From Adineta vaga (lineage: Eukaryota > Animalia > Rotifera), in the NCBI GenBank assembly GCA_021613535.1, contig CP075494.1, forward strand, positions 16,616,001-16,680,000: a DNA stretch of 64,000 nt. Reading direction: 5' to 3'. Below, piece after piece: positions 1 to 11,922 of the stretch. Both the position numbers and the translations under genes were made by a program. Under the pieces are notes generated by a model. The model worked only from the letters and a program-made list of their open reading frames with translations. It was not told the DNA's origin and did not search any database. Position 1 is the first letter of the stretch; each line of letters starts with the position of its first letter.

Positions 1-380
1 TAATGTTATTTAATCTTTTAATTTATTCAATTCCAACAATCTATGCTTATTTTTATGTTAATCCTTTAAAATATAATAATATTAGTTTTTATAAATTTCG
101 TTCATATTTTAATCATATTAAATCTATAATATATTTCGCTTATTATATTTGATCGTTTTGCATTATCATCCTCGAATGTACGTTAATAATTATTAATCAA
201 CAAACAAGAACAAAAACACATTCAACTTAAACGTGATCAACAATTATTAATTACATTCTTCATATAGTAATGTCATCTGTATCTTTGGAAATTTTATTGA
301 ATTTAAAACAAAAAAAAAGATACTTATCAATTTTTATATTTGTCCTAAACTTCCATCAACAAAAGGTTCAATTCTAATAA
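1..380 (+). pseudogene. Degraded rhodopsin-like GPCR fragment
   Basis: Frameshifted remnants read ...DRFALSSSNVR (about 151-183) and RDQQLL, matching IDRFLSSSRIVR and NDRQMIRML in the intact GPCR at 22571; stops and deletions present. Confidence 0.45.
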
Positions 381-1406
381 TATAACTATACTATTATATC
401 TGCTTGTTCTTTTAAATCAACAGTTCAACAACGCGAGTAAATGAATGAAGTGCTGATTTTGTACCAATGAAAGTCCTTCAAGAGAAACATAAGAACCACT
501 GAGTATATAACTTTTTGAACAGTAAATAATGTTGATTTAGCATCGTGAGAGTGTGAGAGACACGGTCTCTCTTTTATTACTTGAAAATTCGTTCTATGTT
601 CTACTACGTTGTTTTTTTTTTCATTTATTGATTTTCTTGTTCTATTGTTAAAAAAGTCATGAGAATAATAATAATGTAAATACATAAAATAAATTAACAT
701 TTATTGATATTCATATTGAAAAGAATAAGACTATTTTTAATTATAAGATAGAGATTCAGTATAATGTACTTATTGTTTCTCATTTACATATTATATTTAA
801 TTGAATAATCATAGATATATGTAAGAACATTAATATAAGTTGCTTTGTTCATTAAAAGATATATCAAAATAAAGAATAATCATAGAAATGATTAAAGTTC
901 ATCGACATCGTTCACATAATCGAACAAGAAAACAAAGAAAAGTAAGAAAAACAATTGAAAATATTTAAATTTAGTCTAAATAATTCAAAGGGATCTACAC
1001 ATGTTATACATATTCTTTTAAAACCTGTTGATTCTACTTCTCAAATTTCTAATTCCAATAAGACAATACATCAGGTATATCTTCGAAATACTATCCATTG
1101 ATCTAATCTAATATATAAGTTTCAAGTAAAAAATATGATTTCTATTTGAAAACATTTAGAAAATGAAAAATAAATTATCTAATATCAATACGTCGCAGCA
1201 ATTATCGTCGATCTCTCAACATGAGCCAATTACAAAACATACGGTTCCAATCAATTCAAATGAACTGATGGTATCACAAAAAGAAATATCGACCTTTTCG
1301 GTGAGATTTATTAGATCATTTAGATTTATATAAACTCATCTTCTATATATTAATGTAGGAAATCTATAGAGATGTTCATTCTTATTCAACAAAATCAATC
1401 GTATCT

Positions 1407-2741
1407 ATGTTTCCGAAGAAAATAAAACCATTTCATAAACAATTATTCACGTCTAATCGATATGATTATAACATTAAACAGGAAAATATAATTGAAAATA
1501 CTCACAAAATTAAGAAAAAAGAACGACATTATATTTGCCGTAAATTTAGACTGGGATATTCTCTTTGTTGTTGTTGGACAGCTATTTTGACAGCTTTATT
1601 CTTACTTGGTTGTCTTGCAGCTATACTTACTTATTTTCTGACACGACAAAAAGTCATTACAACAACAACGACAACGACGACAACAACATCCGTAACGACA
1701 ACAACTTCAAGTAAAAAATTCTATTTTATATTTATCAAAAAATCTCTGATATTTTAGTACAGTTTCTGAGAAAAGCATATCGTAGAGCTTCTATTAATCA
1801 AAATTTGTCAATTCATTTGAAGATACGATATATGAAATAAATGAAAGATTGTTATATAGAATGTCAGTTAATTAAATCAATATAGTCCAAAGATACTTTT
1901 TGTATGTTTAAGTCTAACTTGCGATAAAAGAAAAAACAAATCTCTTTCATAGTAATGTTAAGAAATTTAAGTTTCACAGAATATGATACAATTTTTAATT
2001 TATTTAGCAACAACATCCACTACTAGTACATCGACTTGTAAGTTTTACATTGAAATTGAATAGAATAATTTTGTGACCTTTTGAATAGCATCAACATCGA
2101 CTAGCAGTACAACTAGCACATGTAAGTTATTTCCATTTTCTTCTTTTTGAAAATATCATTTTTTTTCTTTTCTTATTCGAAGCAACAACTTCAACTAGTA
2201 AGTATTCGTTGTTCTCGATACTTGTATTAATTAATTTGTTTTAGCAACTACCACAGCAGGTCCATGTGCACCTGTTAATATTGGTTCTATGTCCACTCTA
2301 CTTTCAGCTACGTCTGGTGATACATCAGCGTTCAAATGTCAAGTTTATTCATGGACACCAGCTGCATCCGGTACTGTCACTCTTGCATTTCAATTCCGCC
2401 ATGATCCTGGTCTATGGTATCTTGATGATGTTTCAGTTTTTGATGGAACAAATGAAAAAATTGTTAATGGAGATTTTGAAACAGGTTCATTATCACCTCA
2501 ATGGACAAAATCAGCACCGAATGGATCATGCACATGTTGTATAACTGCTAGAGTTGATAATATTACTGGAGGTGTAGTGCCTAAAAGTGGTTCTCAATAT
2601 GTCATCGATGGTAGTAATAACTGTATTAGTCAAATCAGTCAATCATTTACAGTTACTCTTGGTCAAGTTTATACTATTAGTTTTTGGTTACGAGATGGAG
2701 GAGGAATTGGTCAAAAAGTCTTCATTGCTACTATTTCATGA
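1407..2741 (+). CDS. Type II membrane protein: TM, Ser/Thr stalk, C-terminal carbohydrate-binding (galactose-binding-like) domain; 5 exons
   Basis: Exons 1407-1710, 2008-2037, 2089-2121, 2183-2197, 2245-2741, all GT-AG and phase 1, join in frame. TM segment AILTALFLLGCLAAILTYFL; WYLDDVSV and IVNGDFETG motifs. Confidence 0.75.
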
Positions 2742-2970
2742 TTTTGATTCTTGACTAGTTTCTTTTAAAATCAACTTTTCTCATAAAAGTATTCGAATAG
2801 TTATTATGTCTTTTTACATATTGATAAGAACAATTTATTACATGTAGGTTTTCTTCGAAAACTGTCAAAACGACTTTTTTATGACAATATACTCTTATCT
2901 CTGAATGTATGTCTGTATAAATACGTTTTACTACAATGAAAAAACGATATATTTTCTCAAGTAGAAAGAG

Positions 2971-4224
2971 ATGACTTGCGATTCATGTTTTTATCGTTCA
3001 CTCTTTTATTTTCATGCTATTATCGCTGTATTTGAGTGTATAGCAACTATGACACTCTTTATACTCGTTGCTGGTTCTATACCTGAATTATTTTTCAAAA
3101 ATGATCATCCTAATAATGAAAGTTGGGAATTAATTAGTGTTGAAACTCGACTTATTATTGTAATTCTGTTCTTTGTTGGTGCAATTCGATCAGTAATCGT
3201 ATGCGTTTTTCTTTTCATCTTATTATTTGTGTTCTGTTCGTTTCCTTGTCTTCTTTGCTTTAAATTTTGTCATCAACCGTTATTTCAATTACTTAAAGCT
3301 AAAGCAACACATCGATTATTCTCATTCAATTGTAATTGTCCATGTTATCGTGCACGTCCTAAGCAACGCTTTCAACTACAACTTGTATTTCTCGTCCTAG
3401 TTTCTCTTGTTCGTATCGCAACTATTATATTCTGTGTGGTCATACCACATCATATAACAACGAAAAGTCTTGCTGTAGTTATTGGTATTTCCTTCTTTTT
3501 TCTTTTCATCAATTCTCTCTTTGATTATTATCACTATCGTGTATGGTGGCACTATAAACCCAAATTTGTTCGACTTAAACAACCGATCATATTGCCAAAG
3601 AGAACCTTGTCGACTAAGCATAAACGATATTTACCTTATCCATTATTAGGTAATATGCGTACAGGTAAATCTGGGGACAAACTGTGTACAAAAGAACCGT
3701 GTACCAATCGCGAACTTGAACATATTTTAATATTTCATCTAGATGATTATCAACCTCAGCCGCGTTGGTCAGAACTAAAACGACTAGATCCTTCAGCTGA
3801 CACGTACATTGGTTTTCATCGTACAAGTGCTCATGCTGCTGCTGCTATTGCACACAGCGATTTTCGTCGTTCGGTTACACCACCACAGATGCTTGGCTTT
3901 GGAATCTATTTTGCACGTTCAATCGAAAAAACTGTTGGAAAAGCACGTTTCGAAGGTGCAATTATAGCTGCTGAAATTCGTATGGGTAATGTAAAGGAAG
4001 TCGTTTTTAATGAACTAAATACTGTGCGAAATACTGATAATTGGCATCCTGAATTTGATACAGTCTATTATAATCATAAGAACGATCAGCGAGATGAATT
4101 TTGTATTTACGATGAAAAACAGATTCGTAAATGGATTATTGTAATTGATCATATACACGATGAGAAATTTTCAGACTATGGTATGGACTCAGAATTTGAT
4201 GATACAAAATGTTATTGTATCTAA
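2971..4224 (+). CDS. Multi-TM protein with C-terminal PARP-like ADP-ribosyltransferase domain (Gig2-like)
   Basis: About 4 hydrophobic helices in the N-terminal half; H-Y-E type motifs GFHRT, MLGFGIYFARS and RDEFCIYD; intronless, 417 aa. Confidence 0.75.
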   Translation: MTCDSCFYRSLFYFHAIIAVFECIATMTLFILVAGSIPELFFKNDHPNNESWELISVETRLIIVILFFVGAIRSVIVCVFLFILLFVFCSFPCLLCFKFCHQPLFQLLKAKATHRLFSFNCNCPCYRARPKQRFQLQLVFLVLVSLVRIATIIFCVVIPHHITTKSLAVVIGISFFFLFINSLFDYYHYRVWWHYKPKFVRLKQPIILPKRTLSTKHKRYLPYPLLGNMRTGKSGDKLCTKEPCTNRELEHILIFHLDDYQPQPRWSELKRLDPSADTYIGFHRTSAHAAAAIAHSDFRRSVTPPQMLGFGIYFARSIEKTVGKARFEGAIIAAEIRMGNVKEVVFNELNTVRNTDNWHPEFDTVYYNHKNDQRDEFCIYDEKQIRKWIIVIDHIHDEKFSDYGMDSEFDDTKCYCI

Positions 4225-4344
4225 ATTAGAATTTCTTATTATGATAGACAAAACAATAAAGAATAGATTTGTTTTCTTCAAAGATTTCAAATGACAAAAA
4301 AAAAGTAAATCATTGAATTTTCCATTTCAAAACAATATAACTGC

Positions 4345-6162
4345 CTATACATATTTAATGATATAATTCGAAAGTAAATGTTCAGAATGAATCAAATTTT
4401 GTAGTTTGTTAACTGTTTCATCATTGATATCAATAATATTAAGATGTAATGAATGAAGATGAACAATATTTAGATTATTTTCGATGAAAATAAAACGTAT
4501 GAATTCCTCAAGATCGTCATTAATAACACCACGTACTTCATATTCTTCCATTCGAGGACAAAGATTAATAAGAAATTGTATTTGTTTAAAGTCTATTTCT
4601 TGTGAAACTTTTTTAATATTATTATTAATTGATAATAATCGAAGATTTTCTTCATCTTTTGTAGATAATTGATTCATATCTATTTTGATTGAAGAAAACC
4701 ATGTCAATGAATTAAGATGAGGTAAATGACTTAGAAGTTCAACAAAATCGTTAATCGATATATTAGGCCAAATAAGATGTAAACTTCGTATTTGTATCAA
4801 ATTTAAAACAGGACATAATTTGTTAACTATGGATCCAAACCATTTAACAGTTCCACTATTCGTAATTGATAATTTAATAGGAGAAGAAATCGATATAGAT
4901 AAATTATCATTAATATATCGATTGATATTGATTCCACGATAATTATTATTTTCATTGGAATACGTTAGAATTTTCATATTTTTATTATTACATTGTTTTT
5001 CAAAATATTTATTTGAACTAATTTGATAAAAGATTTTCTCATATTCAATTCCAATAGTAATATTCCAATTACGTTCGAACCAAAATGATGAATTAAATTG
5101 ATGAATAAATGTATCTGAATCAAAATCTTGAAGATTATTATTAATATTCATCGGATAATATATATTACATTTATTTAAATGAGGCATATGTTTTAAGATT
5201 AATTCTTTCCATTGATTGGGATAATTATGATCATATGAACTCCAAATTTCTAATGATTTTAATTGAAAACCAATTTTTTTAATAATATATTCTAAATTAT
5301 TAAATTCAACAGAACAAATAGCAAAATCAACATACGTCAAATAAGGTAAATTTATTGATATTTCATTGTTCAATTTATCTGATCTTGATTCGAATAGATG
5401 TAAACAAGTTAAACGTTTTAATTGTGTTGTATAATGAAGAATAGAAATAAGTCCATTAATAGTACAATAATGATCAATAATTAATGTTTCGATTTTACTA
5501 AATCTTTCGTTAATAAAAGAAGATTTCAAAGTATTTAATCTATCATATCCATCAGATGATAAAAACATATATTTTAAAGAAGATAATTGTAAAATTATTG
5601 AATATATTTGTTCAAGATTAATATCATCATGATCAGTAAGTTCAATGGATAATTTCAAGAGACAAGATAATGATTGGAAAGTAGGAAGAATTGAAAGAAA
5701 TTTAGATGGTTTAACTCTACAAAGTTCAATTGATTCAAGACGATTGAATGATGAATCAAGAATATTAAATTGAAAAAAAGTTTTTATTATTTTCGAATTT
5801 TGTAAATGTAATGAAATAATTCGATGTTTATTAGGAATTATAATTTGATTTTGAAAATAATTAAAATCTATTTGTGATATATTATCATGAAATAAAATTC
5901 GAAGAGAAAGTAATGAAGAATTAATAAGTTGTTGAAAACGAATATTTAAATTTGAAAATGATTTATATATTGTATAACCATCAAGATAATCAAATATTTC
6001 ATAATAAATTTCATTGGATAAATTTTCAAATAATGTTTTCTTATTTGTTTCTAAAAAAAGTTTTTCAAATAATTTAATCGATTTAAATTATAATTTACTT
6101 TGAAATTTCTTTCTTTTTGAATCGAAAGTTTCATTTAAATTTGATTCTCGTTTGTTAGTCAT
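4345..6162 (-). CDS. F-box / LRR-like protein (bdelloid-expanded family)
   Basis: ATG at 6162, short intron at about 6052-6098, then F-box-like FENLSNEIYYEIFDYLD running into ORF 4345..5658 with LxxLxL repeats. Confidence 0.7.
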
Positions 6163-6410
6163 AGGAAAATTTTATTTTATAAATCTTAACTAATGCAAAA
6201 ATAAAATAATCATTCTTTTCTTCCAAAGAAATCTTCACTTCATGAATCATTTAATAAAAGGAGAAAAAACGATAGATGTCATCAGACCACTGAAAGAATA
6301 ATATAGTATGAGTAGAAACAGAGATCGATACATGACAAGTTATCGATTGACATGTTATTTAAATAAAATAGTAGAGAATGATGAACATCAATTTATTTTT
6401 CGGGAACCCA

Positions 6411-6967
6411 GAATTTCGGTTCAATTCTTAATTAAATTAGATTTAATTAATTATCAATTATAGTAACTTCATAGTGCTGAGCAACATGAATTTCAAAATT
6501 CATAGTGCCGAGCAGTATGAATATCAAGAGAATCATTTTGCTAAGCAGTATGATACAAAGCTTAATAAAACGAATACATTTTTATCACACAAACGTATTG
6601 TTCGTTGCGCGTTTTGTTTTCCTGAATAAAACATATGTACATATGGTTTAATTGTTCGATAGAGAAATTGCTTTGTGGAATTAATTAAATATATGTCAAT
6701 TTTAGCATAGATGATTATCTATATCTTTCTACGATATTGTTGAAACCTAGTATCTGAAAAGGAAGGTATGCTCGCCACTATGAATTTTGAAATTCATGTT
6801 GCTCAGCACTATGAAGTTACTAATTGATAATTAATTAAATCTAATTTAATTAAGAATTGGACCGAAATTCCGTTGATTTTTCGTCCCTGGACCGAAATGT
6901 CACCGGAATTTCGGACTGGGCCAAAAGTTTGGGACGAAAAATTTCTGGACCGAAATTCATGTAACCC
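6411..6967. mobile_element. Palindromic non-autonomous DNA element (outer) carrying a nested MITE
   Basis: Inverted arms 6411-6460 and 6823-6870; GGACCGAAAT motif repeated to a right end ...GGACCGAAATTCATGTAACCC (6967); left end appears truncated. Confidence 0.6.
6463..6820. mobile_element. MITE with about 52-bp TIRs and TA target duplication (Tc1/mariner-type)
   Basis: TA|GTAACTTCATAGTGCTGAGCAACATGAATTTCAAAATTCATAGTG...CACTATGAATTTTGAAATTCATGTTGCTCAGCACTATGAAGTTAC|TA. Confidence 0.75.
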
Positions 6968-7051
6968 TATTTTTCAATCTAACTTAGTTGTTTGTATTTA
7001 TACTGATGTCTCCATTTGTATTACTTAATTCTGGTATAATAGATATCAATC

Positions 7052-7117
7052 TTGAGAATGGGTGTGGAGGAACAATAAAAGAGTGACCTTATCCTCCACA
7101 CCCACACCCACCCACAC
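7052..7117. repeat. Telomere-like palindrome copy
   Basis: TTGAGAATGGGTGTGGAGGA...TCCTCCACACCCACACCCACCCACAC; 12-bp perfect stem GGGTGTGGAGGA/TCCTCCACACCC. Confidence 0.75.
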
Positions 7118-7493
7118 TGCTTTCACGAAACCCACGGAAAGTGCTGGAATCCATTGATTCCGGGTTGGCTTGTCCAACCTGAGAAAACGATGAATATCCA
7201 CAGAAAAGCATACATCACATTAAGAAACACAAACAATATCTTATCAAGAATGAACTCTTAGTGCGACGTTTAAATCCTACAGTTCCGTACATCCGGCAAT
7301 GCGAACTTCGACGATCAATAGTGAAAATATATCGTAATCTACTCCACAGCAAATGGTGTTTATTTCGAAAAAGATAAGACAATGCACACGATTGATGGAA
7401 CATATTCACGATCGAATACGTCTCGTCGAGTACAGAAACACGGATTTCTCAAAAACTGGTTCCACAATGTTCAACATGTCAAAATTGGATTTA

Positions 7494-8573
7494 TTATAAT
7501 TTTATGACATAAATATAAATCCAAACAGCTTGTAAAAGAATACTAATTTGATTAGAAGATATAGCATGATTTTTCAGTGTACTAATTGTTCTCATTCTAC
7601 CAGTGAAATGAGTCACGTTCTTGTGGGATGTTAATAAGACGCTTGAGGTCGTGCTCATAGTAACAAATGTTTTTGAATCAACTGTTTTCATCGGTGACGA
7701 AAATTTGACGGTAGTAGTAGTTTCACTCTGATTAAATAAAGATCGTTGAAAGTGTGTTGGAACATCATAATATGTCTTTATTGCTTCTTCAATCCAATCA
7801 ATACTGATCAATGGGTTACATGAATCAAAGTCGCATGAATAACTAAATTTTTTTAACAGTTTTTCATCTGATAGCGTTATTTGAAAGGCTATTTGTATTT
7901 TAGGGTCAGAAAAACCAGAGTATTTCTTGCCACATGCACAAAAATAACTTTCATCAAAAGTAAATTTAGCGGAACAAATCGAAGCTTTACAAGGCATTGT
8001 TTCTTCGTCTTCAACATGAGTATAACAGCCTATATGATCATCTCTCCAATCACCATAATCATCCGACTGAAACCGACTGCTTCGTTTGTTACGTTGAACT
8101 TCACGAAATAACCAGTAGCTCAATTTTCCTTGTAGCTGCGTCGGATTCATCTTAGGAAAAAATAACCAATCGAAGCGTCTAGATAGAATAAAAATTTCAA
8201 AGAAATGAGCAGTGCACAAATCTGTTGTGCAAAACATCTCAAACTTTGAAAGAACAAATTGATCGCCATTGCGTGGAACTGTCGTCGTTAAGAGTAAACG
8301 AGTTTTTTCATCGTCTTTCTTTTTACTAACCATGTCAAATTGAACAAAGACTGTATGACGTACATAATTAATTTCCATCATTAAATAACATGTTCGAATC
8401 GTATGGTTTTGTCTTATTGGTAAAGTTATAAAATATTTTTCTAATTCATCTCGTGGAGCGAACGAATCAAACTTTGTTTCAAATGATTGATACCGACTAA
8501 ACGTACAATTCAATGAAAGAATCATGCAGTGTTGATGAAATATAAGAATAATGATGCTGACAAAAAACAGCAT
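7494..8573 (-). CDS. Secreted or GPI-anchor-like Cys-rich surface protein
   Basis: Signal peptide, Cx4-5C motifs (CTTDLC, CDFDSCN), Ser/Thr-rich stalk, hydrophobic C-terminus. Confidence 0.7.
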   Translation of the reverse strand: MLFFVSIIILIFHQHCMILSLNCTFSRYQSFETKFDSFAPRDELEKYFITLPIRQNHTIRTCYLMMEINYVRHTVFVQFDMVSKKKDDEKTRLLLTTTVPRNGDQFVLSKFEMFCTTDLCTAHFFEIFILSRRFDWLFFPKMNPTQLQGKLSYWLFREVQRNKRSSRFQSDDYGDWRDDHIGCYTHVEDEETMPCKASICSAKFTFDESYFCACGKKYSGFSDPKIQIAFQITLSDEKLLKKFSYSCDFDSCNPLISIDWIEEAIKTYYDVPTHFQRSLFNQSETTTTVKFSSPMKTVDSKTFVTMSTTSSVLLTSHKNVTHFTGRMRTISTLKNHAISSNQISILLQAVWIYIYVIKL

Positions 8574-8945
8574 GATTTTTTCTCTTCTGATAAAGAAAGT
8601 GAAAAGTAATGTTCTAGTAAATGAAGTTTATATACAACAAATAGATGCAAATAAGATTTTATTACGTATAGCAAGCTGTTGTCAGGAAGTATTTTATGAA
8701 AAGTTAATTTATAGAATTATGATGGATAGGATATAAGAGACGTATATGATTATTTTTTACAGAACAATGAATTAAAATAAATAAGATAATAAAATCAGCT
8801 CATGAAAAAATCACATTTTAAGTCTTGATTTTAATTCTCAAATCGGATAATTTATTTGAAAAGCAAAATGAAAACGAGTTAACTGAATGTTACAATTGCG
8901 ATTATATGCATAGTTTTTCTAAAAAAAAAAGGAACCAACTATTTG

Positions 8946-10323
8946 CTACAATAAAGCCATATCATTGTCTTTTGATTTGGTTCTTGTCGAGAAAAGAGAG
9001 TGATAAATAATAAGTAACCCAGATATGAACATGATGACAATCCGATCCACTGAATGATATTGAGAAGCGTTATTTTGAAACTTGGTAGTATCATAAGAAG
9101 AAGAGAATGTTGTAATTTCAAACATTTTGTAACTCGTATTGTTAAATTCTAGTGATGTTTGAAATGTAACTTTTTCGAAATTCATTATTACTGATGTTTG
9201 ACTTGAAGATGTTATTGTTTTCATTGTCTGACATGTTCGATTGCCTTTCAGACGATTGCGTAGGCAAGATATATCATAATTTGTATTAACGAGAGATACA
9301 ATTTGCAAGAGAATATCTTCTTTATTGCATTCATGATATTCACAACGAAATGCAATTGATCGGGCTTCATCAAATGTGATCGAATTCACTTTGTGATATA
9401 TCAATACTACAGGAGGGTAATTTTTCACATCGTTACACGATTGTGTAAATTGGACTGTTTGATTGTGCTGTGATGCTATACATTTTTTGCTTGGACAATT
9501 TACGGTTGACTTTGAATCGATAAAACAACTTCCTAAACGTGATAATACAAGAAAAAAAGTATTGTAAAACTCGTCGTTTACAATGTAGAGAACCTTATAG
9601 TTTCTATATTGTAATCACGAATACGACGACTAACTGAGAGCGTATTGGTTATTTCATAGTTCTTGTTGATCAGATCGCTATCGAATGTTTTGTTCGCATC
9701 AGACTCATTCAAATTCTTCGGAAAGGAAAACATATTTACCATTCATAAAGATAGAGATGCATCATAGGGAGAATTACATTTGACTCATGATTATTTTCAA
9801 TTAGATTTCGAAATCAGAAACTCAAAGTCATATTACATTGTATAGTCTAATTATTCATTTTCTACTTACCCGATTGATTATTGCCAATTATAATCGGACC
9901 TATTGCTCGATGAAAATCATTATAAGTTGCATTGAACAGCCATTCCATATGGTCGAGTATAAGACGTTTTTCACATCCGTCATAATTGCTACAAGTCAAT
10001 TCGAGCTCATGGACTAGTGAAATTTTCTTGTCTTTTTCATATGTAAATGATGATTGAAATAAATAATCATTATCAGTAGGAGTATTTGCTTTTTTTGCTG
10101 GAAATAATTCTATTTTAAAACTTTGTTGTTCGTAGTTAACATTCATTAATGCAGCACATATTTTATCAGTATCAATCTTTATCAACGTGAATGCATTTAG
10201 TGTTTTCTCGAGACTTGTAGGATCGTATTGTTCTAAGTTGAACTCTTGATCTTGTGGAGAAATACATTTAAGACTCTCAGTTCTTTGAAAGAAGATGATC
10301 AATAGGATAATAAAGCGTTCCAT
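8946..10323 (-). CDS. Secreted or GPI-anchor-like Cys-rich surface protein, 2 exons (paralog of 7494..8573)
   Basis: Exons 10323-9870 and 9532-8946 joined by a phase-1 GT-AG intron; signal peptide, CSNYDGC, CEYHECN, Ser/Thr stalk. Confidence 0.7.
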
Positions 10324-10670
10324 AGACCTTCACTCTTCAGAAAGATTCAAAATAAAGTATTTGGATCCATTTGATCATAGACAGAAGAAGAAAACAAATC
10401 TAATCAATCATTGAATTTTTAATTATTTAATGAAAAAATTCAACGTCATCGATCTAAAAGCACGTTGACAAAATCACAGAGAAAGAATAAATACGGATTT
10501 ATTTGTCATGATTTTTTTTCTTTTCTATTTGACATTGATAACATTATATTTATTAGGAAATAAATAAAAGTACACATACATTTCCTTTGAGATAAAATAT
10601 CTATTGAAATATATATAGGATTATTATAGAATTGAACAATATGATTATGAATAAATTCTTTAATTTTCAA

Positions 10671-11714
10671 ATGAAATTTTTTATTCTTTTATTATATATC
10701 GAACATGTTATTACTATTTATTGTCTTAAGAGTAATTCAGTTATTAAAATTTCATTATTAAATTTATATTCTTTTTCTGATAGTCTACATATTACTATGA
10801 TTAATACAACAGATATAATACAATTGAATGAAGGTTATAAATGTACTGTTTCATTAAAACTTATTTCATCACCTATTGAAGAAATGATAATTACATTTTC
10901 TTTTGTTTCATATTCAATTTCTGAAACTAATGATTATCAAGAAATAATTGCAATTAATTCTTATGATTTTACTAACTGGAATTCATTCGTTATTCAAACA
11001 GAATTTGTACATTATTGTAAAAGTTCAAAGACATTATGTAATCGTCTATTTTTTAATTATATTATCGATAAAAAGTTCTTTATGAATATATTTCAATTTA
11101 ATTTTAGTGAAATATTTCTCGAACGATTTCGACAATTTATTCGTTTATATCCTGATAATGAAGAATTATCCTCTCCATTAACTTGTTCGCGCAGTCGAAC
11201 TACAGAAAAATGTATTGGCGGTGTATGTCAAACTGCTTTTTATTTAGATAGAATAAGTACAGATTTTAACACGATGTCAACTGGATTGGAAGTCATCTAA
11301 TGAATATCGATGGGAAAACGGAAAACTTCGATTAGAAGTTCGAGCTCAATTGAGATCATCTTCGTCGCAACCAATAAGTAAATCATTTTATCTCATTTAT
11401 AAAAAAAAAACAATTTTTTGAAAGTTTAGTAAACTTTATTCGTATTTGTATTTTTAGTGCAAAGATTTACAAAATTTTTGACTATCTCTTATCAATGCAA
11501 TCGAAGTAACTGTGATGATCGATTAAATCAACTTTTTCTTCGAAATATTATTGCTTCTGAACATCCATTCAACACACTTTTTTGGCCTAATGACTATATT
11601 TTCGACAGTAGTGATAAAACTTCATCCGCAATACAAATATTCGCTCGATTCACTCTGAAAACATGGCAATTAATTATACTAAATTTATTGTATTCGAATA
11701 GTTATCAATATTGA
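10671..11714 (+). pseudogene. Cys-rich surface protein paralog with one frameshift near 11270 (pseudogene or assembly error)
   Basis: Signal peptide MKFFILLL. The shifted frame continues RCQLDWKS...KLRLEVRAQ to a phase-1 intron (about 11378-11457), then QRFTKFLTISYQCNRSNC and a hydrophobic tail. Confidence 0.55.
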
Positions 11715-11922
11715 TTTGCATAGGAAAAAAAAGGGAAAGAAATTTTGTTTGACAACGATAATCATGACTTTTTCTACTGTAAATGATTAATAATAAGGTG
11801 AGATTTTGATTGATCTATGGAGAAAGTAGAAGCAAAGAGAATAAATTTTAATAAAATAGATTTATTATATAAAATATTTTCTTTTCAGATCATTATTATA
11901 AAAGATTATTAAAATATAAGAG

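Noticed and set aside
4310-4355. Premature stop in the F-box gene from a 2-bp insertion (the other frame would continue GSYIVLKWKIQ)
   Set aside because: Plausible but affects only about 11 residues and cannot be distinguished from a natural end or an error.
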